Under the pieces are notes generated by a model, which saw only the letters and a list, made by a program, of their open reading frames with translations, made no database searches and was not told the origin of the DNA. Shown here one piece after another: positions 52,020 to 64,000 of a stretch of 64,000 nucleotides of DNA. A program made the translations under genes and the position numbers. How positions within the stretch are numbered: the stretch's first letter is position 1; each line of letters begins with the position of its first letter. Where the stretch lies: contig JARFYF010000022.1 of assembly GCA_030265395.1 (NCBI GenBank), forward strand, positions 30,533,120-30,597,119. Direction: 5' to 3'. This DNA is from Rhina ancylostomus (lineage: Eukaryota).

Positions 52020-53150
52020 TGCCAAAGCAAATTCATAAATGATACCCTACTCGATTGTGACTAAAGTAAATGGTCTGTCTTCAAGCTTCTTGACCTTACT
52101 GCAACTTTCAACACATTTGAGTAATTCATCCTCATCCACTCACTCTCCACCATCACCCAAATGATGGGAATGCATTCACCCGGCTCTGTTCATTTCCATC
52201 ACTTATAGCTACAGCATCACATGCAAGTGATTCTCTTTCTGCTTCCATGTTTTCTCCTCTAGTATCCTCCAGGATCCATCCTTGGTGTATTTCATTTCTA
52301 TATGCCACCTGTCAACAACACCCAAACACCATCTCAGGTTCCACAATGCTGTCCACTCTACCATCCAGCTCTACCTTATTAGACCACTAGTCTAACGTTA
52401 ACAGAAGGAGCAGTACCAACTAACTATTTGGAAAGACTGAAGTCACAAACTTATCTCATCATCCATTTTTCTTGAGAACTGTCAGTAGTTAAACTAGATT
52501 GTTTACAGTGAAACCAGAAAATGCTGGAAATACTCAGGAGGTCAGGCAGCATCTGTGAAAAGAGAAACAAAATTAACAATTAAGCAACAGAAAGAACTCA
52601 GCAGGTAGAGCAGCATCTGTGGGAGGAAAGGATCGGTCGACATTTTGGGTCAAAACTGTACATCAGAACATTCACATTTAAGGTCCTAGACCCATTGTCA
52701 AAACTGAGAAAGAGAGAAAACAAGGTAGTTTTCAGTTGCAGACAAGGAAAGGTAGATTGTTTGCAACCTTGGTGTTATATTTCATTCTGGGATGAACTAC
52801 CACACATCCACACTATCATGATGACTACCAATTTCCACTTCTGTAACAGTGACTAACTCTACCCTGCTTCAACTCATCTGCAGCCAAAATCTCCATCTAC
52901 AGTTTTACCATCTCTCAGTTTGAATTTTCCAATGCACTCCTGACCTTTTTTCATGTTCTAGCCTCTAAACTTGAAGTTATCCAAAACTCTGCCGCCTATG
53001 TTTTACCCTGTATCAATACTGATTTGCAGGTCACCTCTGCTCTCACTGACTGACACTGGTTCTGAATAAAACAACAATTTGATTTATTAAAGGCCTGGTT
53101 CTTCTTTAAACATCCTATTTGACCTCACACCTCCATATTTCCATTATCTT
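52020..53150 (+). mobile_element. L2 LINE RT fragment
   Basis: LLDLTATFNT (compare LLDLSAAFDT), caggatccatccttggt (QGS.LG), gtttgcaaccttggtgttatattt (VRNLGV.F) and atccaaaactctgccgcc (IQN.AA). Confidence 0.8.
52505..52752 (+). mobile_element. Penelope-type insertion (two nested subfamilies) flanked by a 10-bp direct repeat TAGATTGTTT
   Basis: TAGATTGTTT occurs at 52495-52504 and 52753-52762. Removing the insert and one copy rejoins the L2 sequence. Confidence 0.75.
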
Positions 53151-53199
53151 ACTGTCACTCTAAAACCTGTTGAAGGTCTCTTTGGGGCATTTAAAAGGT

Positions 53200-53870
53200 G
53201 AAGCACACTTACTATTATTATCAGACAAGATTTGCAAACAATGGTTCACAGGAGCTTTACATCCTCCTGTAACTAACCCTCCAAACCACTTAAACAACAA
53301 AGATGAATCTATAAAATGTAATCACTGTGAACATAGCCTTGAACCTTCATCCTGCAAGGTCATTGAAAGCAAAGCAGGAGAAATCTGCCAAATCTTTAGG
53401 CCTGCACAGTTACATCACGCATATTATTGCTTGTTAGGAGAGACCTTTCTTCAATATCCCCATAGGAAACAGACAACAACATTTGGCACTCTGCACTTTT
53501 ACCAACTGCTTGCATTCTTCAAAGTGCATGGTGTGAACACCAATCCTTTCACAAGTAGGGAACTGGTTCCATTCAATAAAAACAACTCTGGTCTGTAGTG
53601 TCTGAAAGTCAATCATGTAATGCTATGTCTGCTACCCTGGCAGTTATCTATGAATCATTCATCACATGATAACCTCTTAGTGAAGAACATTAAAGGCTGG
53701 ATAGGTGACCACTGTGAATTATGTGAATTATGGGAATCCACTGCAGCCACACCTGCTATTACAACTGCAGAAGCCAAGGACAAGAGATGAAAAGACATAT
53801 AATGAAGTACATGCTCATACAAAGGTGTTCAGAAGGAAAGTTTCTGGCATTTGTGTCAATTCACTGAGTG
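53200..53870 (+). pseudogene. PIF/Harbinger DDE transposase fossil (element may extend to about 54.5 kb)
   Basis: AGEICQI, HFYQLLAFFKVHG, FHSIK..LVC, YPGS, GWIGD and GNPLQPHLLLQLQKPRTRDEKTYNEVHAHTK match the HARBI1-like motif order. Confidence 0.8.
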
Positions 53871-56119
53871 CTGCAACACTGCTTAGCAAATTGTCCAAAG
53901 TCATTGTTGCTTGCTCATGTCACACAATTGAATCCTTCAAATGCATGTTACTACAGATAGACTTCAGTGGGCAGGTGACAAATTACAGAAGGCAACACCT
54001 GCCAGATTACTTCTGTGCCCGTATAATAAGTCAATCATTAATAGAAGATGCTTTCAGTAAGGCATATCCTGTGAACAAACTTTACAACAGTTTGGTGAAA
54101 TGAACCATCATCTCCATTGCTTTCAACTATACATCAGCTCCTCTGAATAGAGTACCATTTCTCACCAAGCATAACAGCTTGCTGTCATACAAAAGAGCTA
54201 TCAGCAGATATTGCTGTATCAGAGACCATACATCTTGATGGACTAAAAAATGGCTCTGATTGTTCTCATTGGTATTGCCGTATACTCCTCCTTTGTCACA
54301 TATTCCCTTCTTTTATTGCAGATCTTTGAGAGAGAGAAGATCTGAAGTCACTGAGCAAGTCTTAAATTCAAGCTTGACCCTCCTCCGGTCACAATGCTTC
54401 ATACACTAAACAATTGTGGAACCACACTAATACTGACACAAGCTAACTTTTGCAATAGAGCAGAAGGATTAGCTCATATTGTGGCCAGAGCTTGATGCAC
54501 CCTAGGATCAGTGATCCCATATTCATTGGGTCCGGATTATACATTTGGACCCCAGATTTCTTTAATATCCTTCCATTTCGAAGCATCAATGGATTCAATG
54601 TCTATTACCTTATTGGGTGGTGCATTCCATATCCTCCCAAGCCTTTATGTAATGGCATTTTTCATGGCTTTACTTTTAATTAGCTTAACTTGAATTTAAG
54701 GCTACTCCAGTAATTGTTTCAGCTCCACTTTCATAATATTCATGTTAGGACATAGTGCCGGGACTCCTATCAAAAATCACATGCATTGCCAATGATGTTT
54801 TCATTCAAAGTTTGTATATCTGATACATCACTTTGTTGTGATTCTATCCTTTTCTTCCACCCGTTATCATTGTTGTCACTGAAACACTAATTTCGCTTGT
54901 ATTCATGTGGATCTGTGTTTTCTTTAAGAATGAGATTGATTTCAACAAAATAGCTGAAAGGATTAAGAGATTGTCACACAATAAGGCAGCAAAGATGGGT
55001 GAGGTACGTGTGAGAAGGCATGGAGGCAGCGAAGACAAAGGCACAACTAGAGGTAATCATTTATTATAAGGCAAAATATTCCACTGGCAAAATGCTACTA
55101 AGTTCTGGCACGGGGTTGTAAAAGATCAGGGAAAATATTTCACACGTGTTGAAGTGACTATACATTACATAAGGCAAAATGATGTCACATTCACTCCTTT
55201 TTTGTAGAATTTTGGCAGAGCAAAAGAAAATTAGTCAAATTTTCCCATTTCTATGTGACTGATTGTGAAAAGTGGGCACAGGCTGCATGAAGGCTTAACT
55301 TGATCTCGCTTCTGGTATAGACTGCCCCCCAGAACTAATTCTACAACTAATACTACAAGAATAAGAGGGACAAGTGCACTGATTCGTAAATACAACCAAA
55401 GCTTGGATCCTTTCCTAATCAGATACTCCAATGCATTCAATTCTACAAATAGAAAAACTTTTTTTTTCTTTTTCATCCTAATCTGAAAAATCAGATTTAA
55501 ACATGTTAACACTCAATGCTTGGAATCAAGGTATAAATTATTATGGTCACCTTTTTATACTAGAGTGCAAAGCTGAATCTTCTGCTAACTTTCCCTCAAA
55601 AGATGTAATGCAAAATGATGAAAATTAGATATTTATTACAAATATGTGCAGACATGAATGGATACAATTCAAAATGTAACAAAAATAACCATACTTAGAG
55701 TCCACTCTGATTATACCATTCATGTCACTGGAGCACAAATGTGTCTCCATTCTCCAGTATTCTGCACTCTGGCAAAAATGATGACAGTTTCCATTGTAAT
55801 GCAACCTTACAGCTTTTAAGGATAACTCAAATGGTGAGCTGCACCTATAGGCTGATAGCACCTGCCACACTGTCTATATACTGTGGTCTTAATGTTATTA
55901 CGATACTATTTTTACTTGACCTGAAAGAACTGCTGTTTGACTTAACAATGCATTGGAATGAGTCAAGATGCTCAGATGCTTTCTAACAGAGCTGTAACTC
56001 CTAAATAAGTTTCTCAAGCCAGTCCAAACCACATGCAGCTCTGCAACTTTAACAAAGACCAAATATTAAAGAACAGCTGAGCTTACGGGAGGACTGTAGA
56101 AAATAACTTTACTTAATCT

Positions 56120-56330
56120 GACCTCAGCTTCAAGTCCCAACCAGCATGAACCTTAAGTGAAGAATCAGAACTGTAATAAGGGTCTACAAATTGGCCTCAA
56201 TACCCCATGATAAGAAACTGTGATCAGCCAAAGTTATTGCTCCTGAATGAGATCAACAATCTGGGAAGAATGTCCATGTAAATTTTAGTTGCAAACAGGA
56301 TCAGACTTCCAATTAAGTTGTGTCTTGACC
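56120..56330 (+). mobile_element. Family-A SINE-like copy
   Basis: ctacaaattggcctcaataccccatg...atcagccaaagttattgctcctga. Confidence 0.5.
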
Positions 56331-59300
56331 ATCAAAAGCAATTTTCAACTTTGCTATCCAGCTGGTTTACCTACTCAGGTGGTTTCTACATTTTATTTCA
56401 GCAGATACTGCTTAAATCCCTGAAGCAAAAATCCCCCAAACTATCCAAACTCACAGAAGAGAAGACACTTGGGTGAGGTGTTGAAGAGCCACCAGAACCT
56501 GTGAAATGGCCCACAGTACAACCCTACCTTCAAGGAGGAGAGGCAGAAAAGCTAAAGTTTTTTTTAAACATGAATGAGAGTTAATATTGCCACTGGCAGA
56601 ATAGAGCCAGCTTTTGGACAATGACACAAACCCATCCAACTCTCAAATTGTCTTCAGGTACTCTCATTCTGGGCTAAACTATTAAGGGGTACAAATCTGA
56701 TAAAACATTTCAATGGAAATAGTACCTACAAGATCAAGCAGATTTTTAAATGCTGTAAGAATGTGCAATGGTTCAGAATCTCTATGGGTCTAGGATCCTG
56801 TTTGGGTGGTGTACAAATAAAGAGGTGAAGGCATTGAAGTGTGAACAATTCCAGCCTGAATTGTTTGTGCATTGCTCTTCAGCACCTTTCAGTGCTCCCG
56901 TCTGGCCTTCTGTACCTCAACACCACTAAAGCCCCATGAAGCCAGGGATTACTTTGAAACTTTGTTCTTTTTGAAAAAGTCCTCTATTTTTTTTCTTTCA
57001 GACTAAGGGTGTGGTTTGAATCTGTATTGTGTGAGTGTTCATGACGGAAGTGAACAAGAGAAAGGAAAAAAATACAAGACAGAAGGAAAAGAATGACTGC
57101 ATATATCATAATATTTGCTTTTCACTGAGTCCAAGTTTAAACAAAGGAGGCTAACTAAGCAGCACTGTGCTCTCACTTCAGGCCTAAAAGAACCACGCAT
57201 TAAAGAATTCCACAAACAGAACAGTTAAACATTAAAGTTTAGTAAAATTCACAGTATGAATCAGTCAGAGGCAGTTTAGAAGCTGTCCAACTCACTTTCC
57301 GACCATCTGCACTGAATGTGCTCTGTTAAAATAGAACCATATGGAATACAAGCTAGCAATTAACACAGCTTCTGCGCGTCCCACTAATACAGCACAGATT
57401 TTTGACTTTTCAGTAAATTCGGCTGCTGAATTCATTCCATACTGTGGTGCCTACAACCTGGCAGCTTTCACTCATCTCAGCCTCAACCACCCCCCTCCCA
57501 CCCCCACCATGCCAGCCAGAGATGAAGCACTCAGCAAATGTTTGTTTCAAATTAAAATAAGCTAAATTCATAGTTTATTATTTCTTAAATCTTTCTTCCC
57601 CTGACTGTATATATTCAGTTTTTACTTTTAAAATTAAGATGCTGTGATACATTTAATGAAGTGTCTCAAATTATTACATTCAAAGATCTACATTTTCCCT
57701 AAATTTTACAAATCACTCATCTTTTAAGATTTATGACCACATTTTTGCTTCATAGTAGGCCATTCACTCATGTATTCTTCTATAGTACGTACAGTTTGGG
57801 CTGTGGAGATGCTATAGAATGCAGGACAGGTCTGAACTGCAAGAATGGTTTGGCCTGTGGGATTGGTATAGGTTGGGGAAGTGTCTTACTATCTCTGTTA
57901 TTTGTTGTCTTTTATGAATTAGACAACAGGGAAATTTGAGTAGGGGTAGTGGAAAGTTACTTTGAGTGAGGGTATGCTCTTTGACTCTGCATCTCTTAAT
58001 GGTATTCAAATGAAAATAAATCAAATCTAAGTGGCAGAGTAATTGTTATGTCTTCAGGTCTTTAGACCTATTGATAATGGCCAGCTACGTGCGTATCTTT
58101 CATTACTTCTACATGTTTTGAAAGGCAAATCTTTTAAAGACCCTGACAAAGCTAGAGCAATTTATTTAATTCAAATCACACTGGTAATACTAGCTGTTCT
58201 ATGGACTTGCATTTAAACTCAATTGGAAAGACAACACCTTACCTGTAATGCTAGTCCTCACAAACAATACATGTAACCATATAAAGCAGCCATAACTTAA
58301 TAATGGATCCCTAATCTTATGGACCAATCCATATCCAAAAAAAGCAAGCTATGTTCTTATGATTTTAAAATTCATCTGAACATATCAGTGAATCAATTTA
58401 ACATTTCTTTACACTCACCAATGTTTCCTTTTGAACTTCAATCTTGCTAATTGCACAACTATGACAATTCATGTCAAAGTTACCATTTAGTTTTGTTTAT
58501 TAAGACCATCTTCTATTTCATGATATAAAGCTCATTTTATTAAAAAGAATCTATCTTGAGTATATCAATCAATATTTGAAATGATTAGAAAATAACCAAC
58601 GGATCTTGACCAGACAACATTAGTGTCCTTTATCTGAGAACAAGTAAATAATTGTTCAGAGTACACAATAATAATAGTAAATGTAATGGTGTTCAAACCT
58701 TAAGATGGAAACTCTTGGCTGATGCCTTTCTATTGCAAAACATTGATGCATGTTGAAAAATATTTTTGTGCAACATTTCCAAAGTTTATTATTCAATAAT
58801 TTGTTTAAAAGCTTTGGTTGGAGTGTACACTATCTGTTCCCATTCTCTAATCTGATATTTTAATGCAAATAATTTACCAGTGCATGAAAAGAGGGAACAG
58901 GAAATCTACTTATCAAACCTCAATATGCATGCACCAAGTTTGTTTTCAGCACTATTTTCTAATTTTAAATATTACAACATGTAACTTGTCTTAGTCATTT
59001 CTCTCACACTCTTGTTGGACAAAATTAATCAAATGTAACCTTGTCCTTTAGTATTAGCAGAATGAGAGTTGTGAACAGCAGTTATATACAGGAGATTGCA
59101 ATGAAGAGCAATAGCAGGATAGATGGAATTAACTACGAATCATAGGCCTGTTTGTCTTGTTCCAGTAAGCACAAGATAATGAGATTGCAGATTCCTTCAA
59201 CCATTAGCAATTCGTGCTTAGGGACCTTTCCCATGTCCACACATTTCCAAAGCCTGAAATCTCAATTTGACCTCATATTTCACATGCTTTTCTTTACAGA

Positions 59301-59379
59301 GATAACCACTAACTCTGTTTAGAAATGTTTAAAGATCTGTTTTTAATGGCTCTTTTTTTAAAAAGTGTTTGATAAAAGA

Positions 59380-59710
59380 TGGTCTGTATTGCCAGATATT
59401 TCATCTTTTGATTGAGGTGTAAAAACAAACTCTCACCTGCCTTTTTTGATGATTTAGGTTGGTAAAGATCCTACAACACCATTCAAAATAGAGCAGGGAG
59501 TTTTCTACTGCCTTGGCCAACAGTTAGCAAAAGCAGTTAAAGTGTTCATCCATTTCACTGCTCTACATGCAAGCTTGCTCCATACAAAATGACTACTGCA
59601 GTTGCCCAAATAACAATAGCCACTGCGCTTATAGGAAGTAATTCACTGTAATTGACATACTTTGAAATGTTTCTAAGAGATGTATTAAGGTGCTAAATGA
59701 ATATGTTTCT
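59380..59710 (+). mobile_element. Deu-domain SINE, 3' two-thirds
   Basis: tcttttgattgaggtgtaaaa...gtaaagatcctacaacaccattcaaaatagagcagggagttttc...aaggtgctaaatgaat. Confidence 0.65.
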
Positions 59711-60129
59711 TTCTTTCCTTGTTGCAGCCTTTGCACATGAACTGTAGTTTCTTTATTAAGTGTTGTGTTCTAGCATTGACAAAAATTGTACAGCCTGAAA
59801 TAAATATTACAGCTCATTTCTCAAGTCCAGCTGACATCATTTTTGATTAATTTGTTTAAAATAGTTTGAACTTTCCATCAAGGCTGAGACAAGTGGCAGA
59901 TGTTGGTGGTGGTTTGTAGCTTGGGAAGCCAGTCCATTCAATTAATATTTTGGTTCAAAATCTGCTTGACAGCAATACTTTCTTAGTCAGGTGGAGCCAG
60001 AAAAGCTGAATTAAATGGCCAGATTTGTTTTGCTCTTGAGTTTGGCAAACATGGATGTGTTCAAATGCTTGTTACATTTTTAATTTTGATCAGCTGAGTG
60101 CTATAGTTTTCAAGTGTTCATGGTTGACA

Positions 60130-60320
60130 GAGTGCCTGAAGTACATGGGCTAGGAGGTTCTGATCTCCAGTCCCTACTGAGCTAACTGAACTCAGCTGGA
60201 TGGGTAATAGTAGTGGTACAATTGGACCTACTCCCCCAGTTTAAACTGAAGCCATAAACAGATATAGTTACTGCTCCTAATTACTCCTGAAAAGTCACAA
60301 GTTAGACACAGATGGAAGTG
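60130..60320 (+). mobile_element. Family-A SINE-like copy
   Basis: tactgagctaactgaactcagctgg...ggtacaattggacct...ttactgctcctaattac. Confidence 0.5.
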
Positions 60321-61279
60321 TTATTCTATTTATCTTAACAGACATGTGGAAAATGTTATACTTCCTCATCCAGGGGAACCCACTGTTTCTTAAATAATTC
60401 CAGGGGTTTCATCTCCACCCCTTTTCTCTCAGAATTCATTCCCTATGTTAATCTGAGGATGTTCCTGGCATAAATTTAAAATTTGTCCTTTACTATCCTA
60501 AGCATGTGTTCTCATGTCACAGTTTAGCTGAAGTGTTGCTCTTACTTGCACTACAGTATTAAGTATATTTTTCTGTTTTATATACCTCTGTGAGATCACT
60601 GCTTATTCACGTTTCAGAGCTGCAAAGCTCACTTTCTCCAGTCTTTTCTCATTACTCAGTCAGGGATCAGTCTTGCAACTCTTCTTTGAATCACATTCAA
60701 GACTTAAACTCCCTTGTAACTCAGTGACGAGCATTGGACATACAGTAGTCTTAAAAAGTAGTTATACAAAAACACAATTCTATTTGATCATGACATCCTA
60801 TATTTTGTACTCCATGCTGTGATTATCCAGTGAAGTGTTTGGTTGTTTTGTTGATTATTGTTCTGCAGTATTTTGGTGTTTTTGAGGGTGAGGGGCAAAG
60901 TTATTAATAGCCTTAGCTATTCAGACATAATTTGTATAGTATTTAGTTTACATATTTATTCTTCTTAAAGAATAGTGATTTATTTTTAATCTATTAAATT
61001 GTATCTATTTGCTGCCATCATTTATCTAGCTCACTGCGTTTCTCTGCCTTCTCAGATGCACCTGGTCCTACTAGTTTGATGCCATATGTAAATTTAGCCA
61101 ATCTGTATTGCATTCCTAAATTAGATTTAAAACAATTGAAGTTTTAACATCACCATGGGACTATTTATTATTCTCATTTCACTCCCCATAATCATCAGCA
61201 TATTTCCTGAAGAAACTATCTGCTATAACACCTTCAGCCAATTTCTTATCCATTCTCAAGCTTTCGACTGAATCCTTGA

Positions 61280-61385
61280 ATAAAAAGAGAAAATGCTGGA
61301 AATGCTAGAAAATCTCAGGTCAGGCAGCATCTGTGGATAGATAAAAAGAGTTAAAGATTCAGGCCAAGGACCTTCCATCAGACCT
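61280..61385 (+). mobile_element. Half copy of the Penelope-type repeat
   Basis: gaaaatgctggaaatgc...caggtcaggcagcatctgtggatagataaaaagagttaaagattcaggccaaggaccttccatcag. Confidence 0.65.
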
Positions 61386-62249
61386 TTCTTACCCTATTTT
61401 AACCACTGGTGTGAATTCTTTTCTCTGTGGTTTGGAATTCAATGAGCCTCACAATACAAGGAACTGATAACTCTTGTTGGAAATACATACATGTGGTTGC
61501 AAAGGATTGTGCACACATGCCTCCCTCACATCATTGCCAATGTTCACACTTGAAAGAAAACCAGGTGAAGAACACAAAGACAGTTAAGTCTGGGGAATTA
61601 TACCCAGCAAAGGGTCAAGTCTTCAAGGTAAAACTGCAAAAGGAAACCATACCTTAAAAACAAAGTTTGCTACGGTTTCAATACAGTTATACTGAGTAAA
61701 GACAAAATAATGCCAGATTATCTCCTCAGGGCAACCACACAGTATATGAAGCAACTAACCACATAAGCTTCAATCAAAACTTGTTCAGCCTGTAATTGAT
61801 CTTGAACATAATGCCCTGGTTAACAAGTACAATGGAAGCTATCTGTGGATATACTTATATATATTGCCCAGAAATGACAGTGCACCTTAATGGAATGCTA
61901 AATGGGCCAATGACCATATCAGTTGTTGGTCCACCACTAAAAAATTCAATTGCCCCCCAAGGATCAAGCCTCATTGCATATTTTTGATATAAATGTAACA
62001 CACCCAACTTTTCTTTCAGAAACTGGGTTTGGGAACCAATGGTATGGGGGAGGGGGGAAGTGGAATTTAATGGCCATGGGCCTATTTGGACATGTGTTGT
62101 GACGGTGGAGTTACTGAATGCCAGGGAGGAATGGATTGGATCTGGCACAATTAGTGCAGAGATTATGGGCATCAGAAGAATCAATGTGGAGTTTGGGGGT
62201 ATGGATGGTGGGTGATAGGGAACTAGGGATGGGCACAGAAGGATGAAGG

Positions 62250-62830
62250 TAGATAATTTACTTGTCTGACAGGAGTCTATGCCTTGGGGCTGTAGTAATG
62301 AAACTTGGTTCTTCCAGAGTGCCAACAACATGCACTCTCAGGACACTGTGCTCCAAGTTTTTCTGCAATGCTCCAAGAGAACTGTTGCAAAGGGAATGAT
62401 GTGATATCTTGAGCTCCAATGAAGAAATGACATCAAAGGTGCAAGGATGACTCATGTTCAGAAGTACTCAGTGACATTTCTGGGAAAGGTTGCTGTCTTT
62501 TCCTTCGGTAAGAAATAATTTTCTGTTGCATATTTGTAATAAAAACAAAAACAAAGAGGCAATAATCTTATAACCATCTCATGCACTGAGTTGTAAAACA
62601 TTTGCCTCAAATAACTTTGTGCAGAAGGTCCATGGACTTTGGATTCATTCAACAATAAATCTCATGATTTTCATACCTCCCACAGTCATCAATGCATGAG
62701 GTAAGACAACAGAAGTAGGCAGATGTCTCAGCAGCATGGTATCAATGCCTGACTAATGTACCCAGTGCCCTCTGCCACAACTCCTATTATCATCCAGACA
62801 ACAACAGGTGCAGGCACCGGCTGCCCTCTG
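62250..62830 (-). pseudogene. Highly decayed Harbinger transposase fragment
   Basis: Minus-strand remnants DIC (about 62725), HHSL, AQCPES (compare ARYPGS) and RLLSDK (compare WLLGDK), in the expected order. Confidence 0.35.
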
Positions 62831-62892
62831 AGCACTTAGATTCAGAGTCATTACTATTATTATTTTGCTTATAAATGACTTACATTTCAATG

Positions 62893-63025
62893 TATGAACT
62901 TAAGAATCAGGAGCAGGAGGATGTCATTTGCTCATCAAGCTTGTTCTGGCATTCATTAAGACCATGGTTGATCTGACTGTAACCTCAACTCCATGTACCT
63001 GCTTGCTCCTGGTAACTTTATTGAC
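62893..63025 (-). mobile_element. CR1 3' tail
   Basis: gaacttaagaatcaggagcaggagg...cattcattaagaccatggttgatctgactgtaacctcaactcc. Confidence 0.7.
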
Positions 63026-64000
63026 AATGCCACTTCTGCTCCATAGTGAGGAAAGCATGTTGCAATTTGTTAGTTTTGATTGGACTTGGCTCATACTTAT
63101 AATGTTAAAGATGTTCTCATGCTGGGCTCAAAATATTGTTTTAATGTTGTATTTCATCTAAGCACAATGAAAAGTACAGATATTTAATCATTGCAAGATG
63201 AATGTTGTTCTCCAATTACCCAAGAAAAATTGCACAAGTTATATTCTATTTGATTGCACAGTGGAAGCAAGGTAAAGCGATAGAACTATATTAAAAACAG
63301 AAATAAAGAACTCTAATTTGGAACACTATTACCATATAAGACTGGAAACAATATTCCCTACTCTTAATCCAGTTAAATCAGGTATAATAGTGGAGTTAAT
63401 ACAGGTACCATGTGCATGGGCACACCCTCTGGTCACAAGTCTCACTCCTCTGAATTCATTTAGATATAGCAGAGCATTTCCCAACCTAGTCCTCTGTCTC
63501 CCTCTCCATCCACATGCATGTTGGCAGTGATCCCTGGCCTCACCCACTCCCTGCCATGCAGCTCATTAAGAAACAAACTGTTCTAAGTTGTAATGGAACT
63601 GATAACTGCATCCAAATGAAACTTTTCCCCACAGGTCTGCTAAATGCCAGCTGGCCAAGTCCCACTGATGTGACATTGTGAAAGTGTTTGTTTCCTCCTC
63701 CACATGCTCTGCTACAAACAAATACTTCTCTGATTCAAGTGCCAACAAAAATAGCAAAACTTTCAAGGAATGAGATGGGATCAAATGCCACCATCTCTCA
63801 CTGTTCTGCACACACAAGCAAAAGATGGCATTAACTGGTTAATTTATTGTAAATGACTATGTTGGGTATATCTTATGAACCTACTCATGTCAGTACTTAT
63901 GACTTTTAAATAATGGTTGAAGCTTTCCTGTTACAGGACTAACTACATGAACCTGCCATTTTTCTCATTGATCTTTGCTCCTACATGCTACTGGTCTGAT

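Noticed and set aside
53170-54103. Functional HARBI1-like host gene
   Set aside because: The motifs are spread over several frames with stops and deletions, so it is a transposon fossil.
58419-58472. Minus-strand ATG-to-GTGAGT mini exon (MNCHSCAISKIEVQKETL)
   Set aside because: It is short, sits in very AT-rich DNA with no promoter signal, and such hits are expected by chance in 64 kb.
1-64000. tRNA/rRNA genes or prokaryotic and viral systems
   Set aside because: tRNA-like boxes occur only as decayed SINE heads, and there is no operon-like or intact long coding sequence.

Overview
This is vertebrate nuclear DNA: AT-rich, CpG-depleted, with several N gaps. The repeat content (HE1/V-SINE, Deu-domain SINEs, CR1, L2 and Rex1/Babar LINE fragments, palindromic Penelope-type elements) points to a cartilaginous fish, probably a batoid (inference from recalled repeat consensus sequences). 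I found no complete protein-coding gene, RNA gene or CRISPR array. The supplied ORFs are mostly chance ORFs, gap-spanning artefacts or transposon remnants. The window reads as intronic/upstream DNA. The best host-gene signal is a CpG-enriched promoter-like patch at about 12.8-13.5 kb with a minus-strand candidate first exon (25 codons, GTGAGT donor) that I cannot assign to a gene. The rest is largely decayed transposons: up to four PIF/Harbinger transposase fossils (one near-complete, with a convergent Myb/SANT gene), an orphan Myb/SANT-like frame, an old non-LTR RT fossil, two possible DIRS/Ngaro tyrosine-recombinase fossils and nested insertions. Several enhancer-like blocks and small tandem arrays lie between them. 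All family calls were made by eye without searches, and most repeat boundaries are approximate. I see no convincing new biological system.
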